DNA of 63,733 nt, the filler included, from Sphacelaria rigidula (lineage: Eukaryota), in assembly GCA_964200075.2 (NCBI GenBank). It is 7 parts of 7 records of this genome, joined end to end, with 100 filler letters (N's around TTAATTAATTAA, not from the genome) between each part and the next. Parts side by side here need not be neighbours in the genome. Positions count along the whole stretch, not along the records: positions 18,240 to 27,258 come from CAXNAA020009495.1; positions 27,359 to 36,377 come from CAXNAA020009496.1; 5 more parts are not named here. The stretch is one strand, 5' to 3'. Below are positions 21,790 to 35,926 of this stretch, piece after piece. The notes beneath the pieces were generated by a model. That model did not search any database, had not been told where the DNA came from, and saw only the letters and a program-made list of their open reading frames with translations. The stretch's first letter is position 1. Every line of letters starts with the position of its first letter. Position numbers and translations under genes: made by a program.

Positions 21790-24098
21790 CTATTGGCATG
21801 ACACGAGACAGGGGTTATCGACGGGTCATGCGGTGAACGTGCGGAGGTGTTGATCTCCAAGGGCTGGAACAGCCGTGGTCCGTGCGTCCAGTTCCCATAT
21901 GATGCAGCATAGGAGCGAGGGCTTGGTGCAACCGGCACTCACTCTGCTCTGGGGGGACAGTTTTCTTGTGTGGATACGCAAGGCACGAACGACATGCTCG
22001 TCTCTTCGCCGCTCCGGATGATAACGCCATAGCGTGCCATAATTACTTGGAGGCGGAGTTTCGCATGTGACAGACGCAAGCAATTGGCGTCTCCCATATT
22101 TGGGGTACAACAGGAATTACGCTGAGGGCAATGAAACGTGTCTCGCAGATAAGTTTACGGAGTTGTCAGGGCAGCAACACGGCGTGGTGGATGGTATCCG
22201 TTCCAATAAAATAACGAATTCATCAGTTTATCTCCTTGAGATCCCTGGAGAGTAAAACGGATTGGCGTGCTGAAGAAGGAGGCGTGTTGTAAAAAATCGA
22301 GACCGAAGCGATCATCGAATCAATCCACAAGCTGGACTCAACATGAGAACATCGTGATTGAGCTACTTTTGGGGACACGCACACGAAAGCTGCTGCCTTG
22401 AGAAAGTGGGGACAGATGAAATTCATGACACATAAATAGATGGGCTACACGTATTTGGTTGCCAGCTGCAATGAGTCTTGTAGTGGAAGTTTCAGCAAGA
22501 TAATACGAACCAAGCGAAGTTCTCTTTGCCCTGACTGTGTTCTGCAGTACAATGAACCTTCTCCTGGTTTACGCACAAATATGCGAATCTACCATACTAT
22601 GGAAACGAAAACTCGTACGCCCCGTTCACAATAAAACCGTGTCGTAAATCTCTGTCACCGTGTCGTGCCGTATCGTGAAACAGAATATGTGTACCACGTT
22701 ATGCCGGGCCGTGGAAAACAAAAACCATACAGTGCAGACACCGCGCGAAATTCTGTGCCCCACGATCAACTCGCCATTAAAAACCCGCGGCAATTGTACC
22801 ATGTAGGGGCCCAAGGTGCAATGACACCTCACACTGTGCTTCGATTTATCGGAACAATCATAGATGTTTTTTTCAATGCTCTTGTTGTTGAGGTCGTTTC
22901 CTATGATCCGACGACTAAGCAAAACGTCGGCCAGTGACTGTCTTCCAGGAAGAGCAATTTTCGGAACTGTTTCGTACAATTCCGGAAACAAATGGCACGT
23001 ACGCCCGCCCACCGTGATACTTGACATGGTTTACTTGTTGTGCGAACAAGCGGCCGCGGTGCTGTCCGTTGTCCGTATTTATGTATCATACTGCCCCATT
23101 TGCACTGCTGTACTGCACGTACCCTGCAGTATGCTGCTGCCGTTGTGCTACGTGCACGTACTGCACAACTGTATGCTACACCTATGGGTACTGGATGTAC
23201 AGTTACACAGCGGCACTGGCTGCAATGTAGTGTTGCCCAATCGTACACTGTGCTGTCTGGACTCGACGTGTGCAGCTGTATCCTCATGTATGCTCTCCGT
23301 CTACACAGCGGACCGCACCATTTTTGATGGAGGCGTTTCGGTGATCCCCTTTGTCGACAAACTTCGATTTCTCCGATGACTGGTCGTTTGCCTCAACAAG
23401 ATGGAAAGAAAAACGTCGTTTAGGGGCAATCCCCGTTCGGAGAACTTCTCTCTCGCTCTGGAAAGTCCCATAGGTAGGTTCGAGCAAAATCTGGATGCAT
23501 CACCGGAAACACGTTTTTCAGATAATTGTTTTCGGATCGGAAGAAGCGGGCTCGGAAGTGGCTGCTCAATAACTGTGGGTGCGCGTGTTATATCCTTGCA
23601 TCTGACCACGGGTCTCAGCAACGAATACTCAAGTATCGAGTGAAGAAGAAACCAAATGCGCGAAGAAAGCCGTTGACGCGCAAGGTGAAGTTGTTGGTGA
23701 CGTGGCGGAGCACCTGATTGAGAACAATAGCCTTTGCCCGCTTTTGAGGAAAGTAACTTGTTACTGTTTCGACGATTTTCGACTCAGTGCAGTGACCGTA
23801 CAATACTACAGGAAGTGGAAACATTTGGTTGTTCAATAGTAGTATGTTGTCGTGTTCGGCGTGGTGCGGTGAGCCAGGCAACGTCGATAATTTGGAAATG
23901 ACTTTCGCTTTTTTCGGTTTTGGTTGGTGTTGTGTTCATTCCTTCCTCGGTACATTGATGCTATGGTAAACGTTTCGTTTCTATTTATTTATTTTTGCCT
24001 TCAGTGCTACACTCGGCAATCCGCACACGTGACCGCCGTCGGGGTCGCGATTCACTCACCTCGTTTCCACGCTTACATGGTTACAGTACTGTAGTAAA

Positions 24099-24998
24099 CA
24101 TCTGAAAGAGGAGATTTTCGTAGTTTTCTCGTGGTCGGAGATACTGGAAAGTGTTTTTTTTGGTGTACCACCGCTCCTCCCAGTGAACGTTTGATGGCAA
24201 AGTTTGGGGATCGGGGGATACCAGAAATCCCTCCATATTCCAAACAAAGATCACATTCGCGCTCAGTATTGAAGGCCTCACGGGCTGACCGGTTTTAGGG
24301 GGGAACGAGATTACCCAGTCCCAGGTTCTGATCCTGGAGCATTTTTTCTCGGTTGAAGCAATTGCAATCCGTCCCACAGATAGATGATAATGATTGCTTC
24401 TTCGACTTTGTTCACCTCATAATTGTTCTAGAGCCCAAAAACGTTTTTCTGGACCTGAAACAGTCGATAACATTCCCTGATAGACAAGGAACTTATTCCA
24501 TATCTTCCCCACAACACCAATTGAGGGTTGTGTTCTGAGCACGACCTGCTCCTCTTCCCGATATCTATCGACGCCGGGAGGTTAAAGCGTCAAGAACAGA
24601 TATCAGACGAGAAAATTCAGAAAAGTACCCAAAATCAAAAATTGCCCAACCGAGCTCTGGATAGCACACGTGGGGATGAACCAAATCCGATCACGCTGAA
24701 GAAAATTATTTCACGGACTCATATTCTTCTCTCTTACCTATTCATTGCGCAAGAGCCAAAAATAAAAGTGTTTTGGACCAAAAATGCTGAACAACATCCC
24801 CTGTCGGCTCAATTCGGAAGTCCTTCAATGTTGAACACAATGACGATTTTTGTTTCGGAATGTGGAACGGATGCCGAGTATTATCTCCCGACTTTCAAAC
24901 GTTGGGATCAACCACTCGTTGGGATGAGCGGTGGCACGCGAAAAAAAATCGAAAATCGCCGACTGCGGGAAAGTTATGAAAATGTCTCATTTCAAATG
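24099..24998. mobile_element. Non-autonomous element with long (~180-bp) diverged inverted repeats (foldback/MULE-like)
   Basis: 24099-24276 (CATCTGAAAGAGGAGATTTTCGTAG...CACCGCTC.TCCCA...TATTGAAGG) aligns with the reverse complement of 24822-24998. Confidence 0.65.
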
Positions 24999-27258
24999 AA
25001 AACCAATATATATATATATATATACGGTAGAGCATAGTCCTGTTGCACGGTGGGAATGTCGACAACGGCGGTTCTCGGCGGTAGATTACCGAGGTGTTTC
25101 ATTCCATAGGAGCCACAAACACTTCACACCCTAGATGCGTCCGTAAATTTCCACTTATATGCCTCAAGTTGATTTCAAAGACAGCGCATTCCGGGTCTCG
25201 AAAACACATGTTGGTATGTGCTCCAGGTGGGAGCATCGTAGTCGCAGTATATTTTCACATCATCGAGGTGGAGTGGGTTCATGCCGACATATGAACGACA
25301 CGAGGTCGCTTCTCGATAATGTTTCACCATGTGTGGCGGTGGATATTTCGACGTGTAGCTAGATACATATCTTATGAAAAAAAACAAGGGCTCTTGTTGG
25401 GACAACTGAGGTCAAACACGAACTATGCGAGAGGTACTGGTATCATGATATATATGTGTACACCGCGGGCCGTCAACATAGCGTAGGGACCAACATATAT
25501 CGAGGATGCTTCAGGAAGTGCATAATGGACGTGTGATGCACCTAGTGATACATCCTCGAACCTGTTGGCAGATCTGGCAATAAACAAACCATGATCGACA
25601 TCACCGGATTTCAACTGAGGAGATCGCCCGCCGGAATATTTACCACCACTGCATAAACCATGACAGCGTTCAACCTGTCTGCATATCCAGTGAAGAAAAC
25701 GTTCACCGCAGCTTGCTCACAAGTAAGGAGTCGGAACACGTGTGATGCTCCAAGTTTGCTCCGGTTTGATAAGAAGTGAGGAGGTCACGTACTGCATTTG
25801 GAAGTCCGACGCAGCTGACTGCTATACGTATTCGGCGAGTGCCCCTGAGTACTTGTTTGGGGGTTGATAGGTACGTACCTGTTGTATTTTCTCATCACAT
25901 CATCCTTAAACCCACACCAACATGTTGGACCAACGACCATTAGAGGGACGAACACATCTCCGAACCTGCCTGAAAATATGACGGACGAATAACTTGCTTC
26001 ACGTTACTTTCATGTGAGGTGAAACACTGGAATACCAACGACAACTGCAACAACCTCCGCATCTACGAACCTATCAGCAGCTCTAGCTGACACAAACATC
26101 ACTTTCGCGTAATTTCGAGTCGGTACATCGTACACTGGTGTTCAGATTTGTTCCAGCCTGCTCCTTATTGATTAATTTTGGCGCATGATTTCACAACCCA
26201 AAAAATGCGTGCAGCAACGCGCAAAGAGGTATCCCGGCACTTGGGCACCAAAACCCCACCGAGTCTGGAGGTTCACAGCCTACTTTCTTCGGGGGCGAGG
26301 GTTGAGCTTAGCCTTGGGAGTTATCATTTCCCTCGAGGCTAGCTAGTACAGTCACCGTGCTCGCCCTTTGAAATATTGTTTCTTGTCGATGGCCAGGGTG
26401 AACAGTTGATTAACCAGGAATAACGCGGGGTGTCTAGAGCGCTGAAAACACACGAGAGAACGGAAAACGACCAGCGTCCTCCCTTCCCCCATGATTCGAT
26501 TACAGTAAATCTGAAGCAAGGAAAGGATATAGATCATACAGGACGTCGAGCACGGGTTTTCGCCCAAACCGGTCGCAGAAAATCCAAATTTCACGTATGG
26601 TTTGGTCTCTGCAGTCAACAGTAAGTAATGAATTCAAACAACAAAAACGATTATGCAAGGGGGTGTTATCCCACGTAAGCGTACGGAACTCTCAAAAGAG
26701 GGGGGGGCTGAACAACCGTGCCCTTCTCATTGCACCAAGGATACGGCGACGGGCATAAATCTACTGTTGTCATCAGCAGCATCTTTCTTTCAAACTTGAA
26801 ACGAACGTCCTTGGATTGCTCACCAGCTAGGCTGAGATTCGACCCATAATGAGGAACAGGGCGGAGAATGGTTCGAGGTTTGTCGTACAGCCGACGACTC
26901 CCAAGCTCATCAAAAGGCAGGAGGCACCAACGACGAAAGAACGTGTAGGTATGGCTTGTGCATGTGCCGTACTACTCTTGAAAAGTATACAGGCTGTGTA
27001 CGCCTCACGGGCTATGGGGCAACAGCCACAGGTCGGTTCTCAGCCAACACCAACAACATATGGAAGGGGAAGCCACTTCGCATTCCCATCGACAAGTCGC
27101 CCAGAAGAGGGAATGGGATAAGTGAGCAGGGCTCTCACGTGAAAAACAAAATACCAAACACATTTTGCCCTGATTCCCCCCCCTCCCCCCCCTCTTCCTT
27201 TGCATGGTCCAATGGACGCTGCGAAAAATATGAAATTGCGATTCCGGGTGGGGGACCT

Positions 27259-27358
27259 NNNNNNNNNNNNNNNNNNNNNNNNNNNNNNNNNNNNNNNNNN
27301 NNTTAATTAATTAANNNNNNNNNNNNNNNNNNNNNNNNNNNNNNNNNNNNNNNNNNNN
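27259..27358. other. Artificial scaffold-joining spacer
   Basis: N-run containing TTAATTAATTAA; followed by a poly-G run at 27359-27421. Confidence 0.97.
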
Positions 27359-27422
<64 letters not shown>

Positions 27423-28919
27423 TGGACGTCAGGACAACGAGGGGTTACGATGGGAGATGTGCACTACACGGAGTACGAATATGTAGGTCAGAGCTATCGT
27501 GCTTGGTTCAGGTAGAATGAAAAAGGCAACGTCTCGGGCCAGTGATAAATGCGTTTACGCGCGGGCAACACAGTGATATTCTTACGTTCATCATCTTGTC
27601 TGTACATTTCTGGACCAGCAATCTATAGTCGCGCCCCTGTCGTCAAACTGAGGTACCAACACATTATTTTAGGCAGGTGTTTTCGTTATTCAATCCCGAC
27701 AAAAGAGGATTTTTTTTCGTGCCCTTCTTCCAGGAAAGTGAGGACGTAAGTTTGATGATATCACATACTCGACGGAAGTGGATGGCCCTCGAGATGCTGA
27801 TCTGGTGCTCGACAACAAGCGTGATGGCAAATACAGATATATAGAGAGAGATTGGTTGATCTCTTAAGCCTACGGACTTACCCCGAGGAAGGGGAGGGAT
27901 GGGAAGCAGGACAAGGAGAAAGGATCGTGCGTTTGCCTTCTACGTCTCAGACTACAGCATTGAAGATGCGAATCTCGATAGCGCCTTTCGCATACTTGAG
28001 GGTGCCATGATGTAGCGATTGATATATCGGGAGTCGGCAGATCACCCCAGTCGAAGTTCTTCACGAGATCTCCCTCCTCTCACGTCATAAATGGGGAAGC
28101 CATCAACGATATATTTCTTCGGCGAAATGGTTATTCTGCTTAATCGTTCAGAACATGAACTGCGATAGGTAAGCAATTTGACTCTTTTCAGCGCCCCGGA
28201 AACGTGACGCAGGCACCACCGTGGGGTGCCGGCACGTTACTCTCCTATTTGTACCTTTGTATGCCTGCGTCCGCAAACGGAGACTGGGGTAGGCTCGAGT
28301 CCAATACACTCCACGCAGGCGCCATCGCGATGCCGTTACTGACCATAGTAGATCCCAGCGATATTCCCGCTGCCTGCTCACCCATCAAGTCCTGCGGGGT
28401 GAACAGCCGTCAACGCAAGACGCAATGAAATGATCCCGAATTTCTTCACTCGGCTCCATATTACTACAGGCCTTGCTGAATACTCCTCGTCGTTATACAG
28501 GGAATGCGCTCGGCCGATAACGTAGTGTGTCGTGCAGAAATGTGAGCGTCTGTAAGCGCCAAGCTACTACTGTAGTTGACCTGAAAGCACTGCCTGATAC
28601 ATCCCTAGCATGTCGATCCATTAGTCGTCGGATATCTACCGTTAGGCCGCAAAGCAATCTATTTGAGTCCATGTGCACCAATCCACCACTTTATGCGCCG
28701 ACGTCCTCACACAGTTTCTCCTGCAGTAAAGATCCCAAACACACTACGATCAAAAGGTTCATCAGCCTATCCGCTAGAAGTCAGAATCCAGCCGTGGGAA
28801 CTAGATAGACGTGCCCGGCATGCATAAACTAAAAGGCTCGTTGGAGGACACTCGAAAAAGGGAGGAGAACAATGGGCAACGAAGAAGGGCATATTGATCG
28901 AAGTCTTTTTCATTCATAC

Positions 28920-30152
28920 CGGCGCAACAACTTTTGCGGTATTGAAGTCCTCTGCGCCATAAACCGGCAGCGGATCGGCCGAAGAAGTGTTGACAAGCTG
29001 TGTCTCCTCCTGAATATCCCGCCGACGAGCAACACCTGACGGCTGGAAGTCGGATCCCAAACTCATGGCGCCTGCTGCAGTATCGCCGTTTCGCACTGAC
29101 TCTCGATGTGGATTCAACCGTGCGCTTACCTCACTTCCCGCGAATCGCCGCAATCCAGCAGGATGTCGGCGATGAAGGGCGCCCACCGATTTCGAACCCC
29201 AACTCCGCCGAAATCTGATGCTCGCGTGGTCGCCCTTACGGCTCATATGCGAACCCCTTGTATCTCCGCCGGTCGCGCCTCGCTCGGCGGCCGTCCGGTG
29301 ACCTTCCGGGAGGAGTTTACTTGGATCGGAGGATCGAACACCCTGTCGTCCTCGGAGTTTTTTACTCGCGGCAGTCACCCTCCCATCTTTCCCCCAGTGC
29401 TTCATGTTATCGACGCTGCTCTTTCTTCGTGCTCCAGTCGATCGATCCTTGTTGCTGCGGATTCGTGCACCCCGGATATCGTCCCCCGGTGCCCCCTCGG
29501 TTTCGGCATCCCCACCTACCCCCGTACGAGGTGTACATTCTGTTTCCAGCGCGGTGATGAAAGTGCTCGTATCTTCACGACGCTGTTGAGTTTCTCGCGG
29601 GCGTCTTTTTGACTTCCCCAGGCTTATGTCACCGCCAGACGAGAACCGCCGTTGTCCGTGCGGTATGCTGTGCGCCGTCGCTGTCGTGGACCCCCCGCCA
29701 ATCTCTCGAACCCAACCGTTCACGCTCCGCATTGTGGCGACCCGTTTGCGCCTTAAGTTGGCCTTCTTTCTCGGCCGAGCCCCATTTTCTCGACGGACTG
29801 GCAGGGTCCCGGTCTTTTGACGGGGTTGCATGCCGCTATTCCCAGGTGCTCGTGGTCCGCCCACCCCGAACGTTACGTTCTTCGGAAGGGATTGGCTTCG
29901 TCCTAACCCTCGGGTGGAGAAACCCACTGTCGCGAGGTTGCGATACTGTTGGGCATGGACAGCGCTCACGCAGATCCCCAGTGGTGTTCTATCGACGAGC
30001 CTCGCCGCTGCACTGCTGCTACCGGTGACGCTGCGAGCGGTGCTTCGTCGTCGAACGCTGTCTGTTTTTGACGACCTGAAGGCGTAAGCGATCATTGCCC
30101 GACAGGCGATGTTGTTGGCGTACGTTGTCGTTGTACGAATGGTTGTGATCAT
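28920..30152 (-). CDS. Probable large first exon of an unidentified gene (R/S/T-rich N-terminus, possible organellar presequence; mostly disordered)
   Basis: An open frame of more than 400 codons ends at a CCG|GTATGA donor. A phase-compatible candidate exon follows at 28391-28255 (DLMGEQAAGISLG...), with another at 27636-27586 (GRDYRLLVQKCTDKMMN). Confidence 0.45.
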
Positions 30153-33100
30153 GCGGTGAGGCAACGGCAGTGCCTGCAGGGGGAGATATGGACCTGAAAA
30201 AATATAATCGATACTCTTGACGAAATGGTGTCGTTGCGTATTGTGAAATGTGCCCCGAGCGAGTGGGGAACGTAGTAGCGGCTTGTATGTCTCACGCGTT
30301 CCTCGCAACAGGCCATCGAAACTTTAGAGCAAGATATTACTTCAGAGCAGAACATCGGCGTGCGCCGGGGGTCCACTGTAGTGCCCACAACGACTCCATA
30401 CACGGTACAATAAGGGATCCACACAAGACTACTCCCGAAATATTCAGCATGAAGTTGGCCCAAGGTTGTACCTCGCGAACGTTAGCCCGCGACTTCGGAG
30501 CAGCTCTCGTTTGGTGAGAAAATAGCGACGAAACTCGGTTCGCAAAATATTGGACATTTTCGGGGCGATACCCGAGCAAAGCGTGGTGTCTCATCGTTCC
30601 ATGAAAAATCATGACAAAATAAGCGTTTTACAAAAAAAAACGCACGGGTGGAAACAAAGCTCATTCTTCTCTTTTTTATGTTTCTAGATTTAGTGAGTGT
30701 TCAAGCGCCGCACTCAACCCAACATTGCCAAACTGGTGGCGATTTCACCCTGGCTGTAGTAGCTTTCTGAAGTCCTCCATTCGTTTCGCAGGGGCTGCTG
30801 GTCGTACACAGAACTCGCCACGATACTGATGGGGCGAGACAAAAGCCAGAGGTGGTTTAAAAAAATACGCGAATCGCGGCTGTTTTACGTGAATGCTTGG
30901 CATTTCACATTTCAGCTTCTGCACGGAAGCCAAAGCTACCAAACCGATGGCCATTTCACCCTGACGTCGGCAGCGTCCTGATATACCCCTATGCATTCGG
31001 GTGGCCCTGGGTGGTCCTAGTAGTGGCGACAAGATTGGTGAGGTGCCGTAGAGGCGGCGCTACAAGCGACTAAGGAAGCGATGCTCAATCCAGACGTGTA
31101 TCACATGTAGTACCGTTTTTTATGGGGGACACAGTGTCGTGGAGAACAGCACCCTCCAATGCGGACATCGAACAGACAGCCGAACCGCACGAGAGAGGAT
31201 GCGCACCTACTCGGCATGTAGTCGCGTCGTTGCTCAACGTATGGTCGACTCCTGCACGCACCTGTGCACCGATTGCAGGTCTGTGCACTGTGCTAATACC
31301 GCTTTGGTTTACCCTGATTGTGTACTACAGCGTGATGCAGTGTAAAGTAGTGCTGGGCGCGATGACATCGCTGATGTATTGCCTAATGGACATTTCTAAA
31401 ACACAGCTAGTTTTGTGTAGTAGAGAGGACAGTGCTCCCGCGGCTGATCCCCCTGGCGATGACAACCGCTCTCTTCAGGAGCAAGAAAAAATCCTCGGTG
31501 ACTGAAAAATATCTGGAGTTTGAAAACACAAGAGGGTAAAGCCCCTTGGAGCGCACTTGTTCCGAAATTCTCGGTATTCGAAGTATATGCCGTTCTCCCA
31601 GACACTAGGCTGGACCCCCCTTCACCCATTTGAGCGAAGTATCCCTCATTCCGGGACGGTGGCAGCCTACGGCAGGTTCGAGTTGCTCGTTTCACCCGAT
31701 CGATGGGATCCCGTTTAACTGACCTCAGCAACTCCCCTGAAGTGCGCCTCCCCATGATGCGCTGCTTCGCCCGATTGTGGTTGCCTCCGCCTTTCACGGC
31801 TTCTCCGGTCCGCAGTATCTGCTCGTGGATGTGTAATAGCAGGAGTCGTGTACTGCACCGCTGTGATACTGCTACGACTATTCGCGGCTAGCCCTCTACT
31901 ATCCTTCATGAGTCAAACCGTCACATAATATGTGGGTTTTCACCAAGGCTTCTTAAGTGCAGGGCACGCTCTCACATGGCCATCTTCTCTGAACCGGACG
32001 GCAAAAAGTGAAAAACTCACATGCCCACCCCTCAACTGGGCACAAGTCCCACATAGTTCTCATTGCGCCGAGCGGTGACAGTGAAAAATCTTAGGTGACC
32101 AATGTAAAGCCGGGCGCGGGGAGTTGCCACGGACGGGGTGAAAAACGTTCTGAGGCTCTTCAGTTTAGGATCCCCTCTGTAAGAAGCATCTGGGCCAAAA
32201 TATGCAACCTCAGACAAAAACTCTTGACCAAAAAAGTACACTCCTACAATACCGTGGCATGACTTCACAGATCTCGCGTGACCATTTTTTCACGGGACGA
32301 CCGAATGAAATTCTCGCACGGCCCTCTCGGAAGCGGTTCAGGAACATGTACAAGTGAAATAGACTCGCGTGAAAAGTCGCCGAAGAAGTGACAAAAACTG
32401 TAGAGTAGACGGAACGTGTATGCTTTTGCCACGCCCGTGACAGTATCGTATAGAGTACACAAGCTTCGACAGTGCGCATAAACATCTCCAGCCGCGTGCA
32501 GATGCATCAAATCACGATCGACAGGCTTGCGCACGAGTAAAATTACGCTTGTCGTGTTTGTGCGTGCCTGTGCAGCACGCGATATGCTTCGAAACTTTTG
32601 AAAACGCAGCACACCCTGGACGATGTAATTGATCTCTTGCCCAGAGTGTGAAGTTGCATATAAAGTCAGTCCTGCTTTTGTGTACGGCGACGTAATACAG
32701 TCATTGTCGTCCGACAAAAAAATAGTCGGGTACTAGCGCTGGAAGTCTAAGGGAAGGAAATCGCTACTTGAGCTGTCTATATCTACGAATCCCCCATTCT
32801 TCCCCGGTTTGCTACTTACTTTCTTCACGTGGCCCCACTTTGTCAGGTGTGCTTCAGCTATTTAGGGAATTCTGTTGTGCCTGGGGCGGGAATTACCGTG
32901 AGTGAGTATGCATGCCGTCAAATCAACTCAGCCCTCATGGTACAACACCCGCACTTGTTCCGACAACTGCTGTTGGATAAAACGCACAAAAGGTGTCGCT
33001 TGCGATGCACTTGCACCACTTGAACGGGCAAGCGTACAAATATTATTAATCAACATATTGGGCGCTCGGCCAGAACGGGTGGACGGGTGTGGACTGAGAA

Positions 33101-34098
33101 CCGTGATCGGACCGTACGGTTTCCAGATTCGAAGACTGCGAAAGCATTTTTCTTCCCTAGGTCGGTGATACTCACGGCGTGAACAGTCGATTGTTCACAA
33201 CATTGTGGCTCGAGAATTAGTCGTGATTCGACAAAAGGATTATTGCTGTGGCACGTGAGAGGGTGGGTGCTCCGAGAACGTATTTTTACCCCGATATTTC
33301 GTTTTTTTTGTAACCGGAAACAGCCAATCCTGCGGGTACGGAAAAACGCGTGATCGATCAGCATATACATGATCAATTGTGTCAAAACAAATATCCAAGG
33401 GTGTGTTGGGGATAGGGTAAAAACCCGGGTGATTTACCCTTCCGAAGTTTGGACTGCGATGATCAAATCTCCAACGACACTTGAGTTAAGCACGATCGGA
33501 TCCAACCATTGGGTGGAATTAGGTACGATCGCAATTCATATTATTAGTATTTCCGCACATTAGTCCGATCTCGCGAACCCGTGGTCACAGACTAGGCTCG
33601 CCTTTCCAATACCGTCCCTGTTATTCCTTACAAGACATATACTATACCCAATATCCGGGTATCGTCAAGTACGATATCAAGACTCTCCTCAAGTTTCGGG
33701 TGCAGGGTACGATTTTTCAACATATCCACATGTAGGAGATACCTTGCCCAACACACCCCTGAAAGTATAACATGACAATATCCGAACCGACTACAAGTCC
33801 CACATGAACATCTCCGAATCCGATGGCAACGAGAATCTCACATGGCCCTCTCTCAAGTGGGCACAAATCTCACGTGACCATCTCTGAACCGGGCACAAAT
33901 AGACCGCATGACCGGCCGCCTTAAAACAGGTTCCACAACATGGACATGTGAACAAGACACGTGTAACGTTGGTCGTGTGAAAAGCCTTGGATTTTGTGCG
34001 CAATGGTTGTGGCACCCGAGAAGTCCCTTATGACATTTCTAGAGTACAAGAGAGGGAAATGGTGGAAACAGTGACCGGCTTTGCCCTGGGGTATGGAT

Positions 34099-34380
34099 GA
34101 GGGGGGGGGCGTACTCATTTGTTGTTTCCCGTAGTATTTGTCTATTGACCGCGCATCAGTTTCGGGACGGAGCATCGCTCCTACCCCTAATAAAGATACC
34201 TCCAACATTTGGAATTCCATTACGTTTGTTTTATACGTTACACAAAAAAACATTTTACATCTCTTATCCCCCTCCTGTTTCTCCGTCAGTGGCCACCATG
34301 TATCTCCTAGTGTAGCGATCGTTTTCTCACTACTATCCAGAGCACCAAAAGATTCCATGCCACCTTCGTGTACTTCCCAC
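34099..34380 (-). mobile_element. LINE family A 3' fragment
   Basis: Encodes ESFGALDSSEKTIATLGDTWWPLTEKQEGDK; the 3' end is AAATGAGTACG followed by oligo-C. Confidence 0.72.
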
Positions 34381-35926
34381 AGATATTACGGGGGGAAGTG
34401 AGGCAGTACGGAGACTGACATATAACCGTGTTTTTTCCTATCGACTGTAGACCTATTTCCGCAGCTTGCAGCTGCAACGATGTTCCCCTGGCATATTCAC
34501 GGACATGTATATCCTGCTTCGTCGTTCACTTTGGGTCCCGTCTCATTTCTCCTTTGTTGATTTTTCTGCTTTCTCTCTCCTTCCTTCACTCTCTATCTTA
34601 TATTCCTCCCTTCTCTTTCTTCTTGATTTTCCATTGTTCTCCTTCCTTCCTCACCCCCCCCCTTTCTTTTTCTCTTACGCCGCACTAGTGTTTCAAAGAC
34701 GCTTGGGATAGGGTACAGTCCGAGCACGCGTAAATGTGTGCGGGCTTGTTCACGCTCATCAGCTAAAAAACAATCGTCAGCATTGAACTTCGCCAATACC
34801 TACCCAATAGTCGCATACACGAGAATCTACCGGGAAAACCATAATTCAAAACGGTAATTATGGTATGGAAATATTCATGAAGCCGTGGTATTGGCATCGC
34901 CGGACCACTGGTGATCTGCACCAAAGACCTAGAAAGCCTCCTGAGGGTCTCACCCTTGTACCTGTCGTAGAAAAGCTCTGGCCGCCCTCAAACTTGTCAG
35001 TTCGGTAGGTATTGGTGCTCCAAATGGAGAAATTGTACTTTGAAGATATTTCGAAGTTTCTTCACTCTTTACCGGCTTGCGCGGGTTTTCGCGCTGGGAT
35101 CCCCAGGAACCGGTAAATAATGCCTCAAAAATCAAAAATGAAAAATACGCGCAATACGATAGTCAGTTTTACGTAGTGCCGTTACGTAAGTCGAGAAATG
35201 CGATGCAACGGGGTTGAGTTCACGCTAAATTTGCCTGAAAAGTAGTTTCGCTACTAAAAATAAGTAGTTGGGAGTTTGCACTTTTCAAGCTCACTTTGTC
35301 GGACAAAAGCGCAAGACGTCACGCCGTGCTTTAGAGATAGATCCTCGAAATTTGCACACTCATACTATGAGCCATTGCGAAACATCCCAAGACGAGGGTC
35401 TTTCGATTTATTTATTTTCGCCCGTCATCGGGGGTCCCAGAAGGTCATGTGATCCATCAGAACCCTGGGACCCCCGATAACCGGTAAAGGAAGAAAAAAA
35501 AACTGGGAGAGTGTTGCAATGACCCATAGCATATGTGTGGAAAAAAATAGAATCTATCTTCGAAACACGGCGTGAAATTCTGCTGAGTGCTGAACTCTGG
35601 TGGTAAGCCTGAACAAGCCTGTAATTCTAGGTGTCGATAATTTAGAGGTCTGGAGCACCCAGTATTTTCCCCATCTTGTCCCAACGGCTGTTGACTAATG
35701 TTGTCGGCTCTCAACTTCAGCGGTGTTTCCTTGGTCCTGCTCATGTATACGATACGCTCCACGATAGCCTCTCCCCAAAACCAGCCCAAAACTGCCACGA
35801 AGAAAATGGTAATACGGCGCCTGACGTTTGGTGTCAGGGTGCATGAAGCGCCTCATATGGGCGACGTTGGCGGAAACGATGTCAAGCGTGAGAATTTTCA
35901 GCTGCTCGTTGTGCACGGCTTTTTTT

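Noticed and set aside
18538-27258. Endogenous phaeovirus insertion
   Set aside because: No NCLDV core genes or gene-dense intronless region were seen, and EsV-1-7 genes are common host genes in brown algae.
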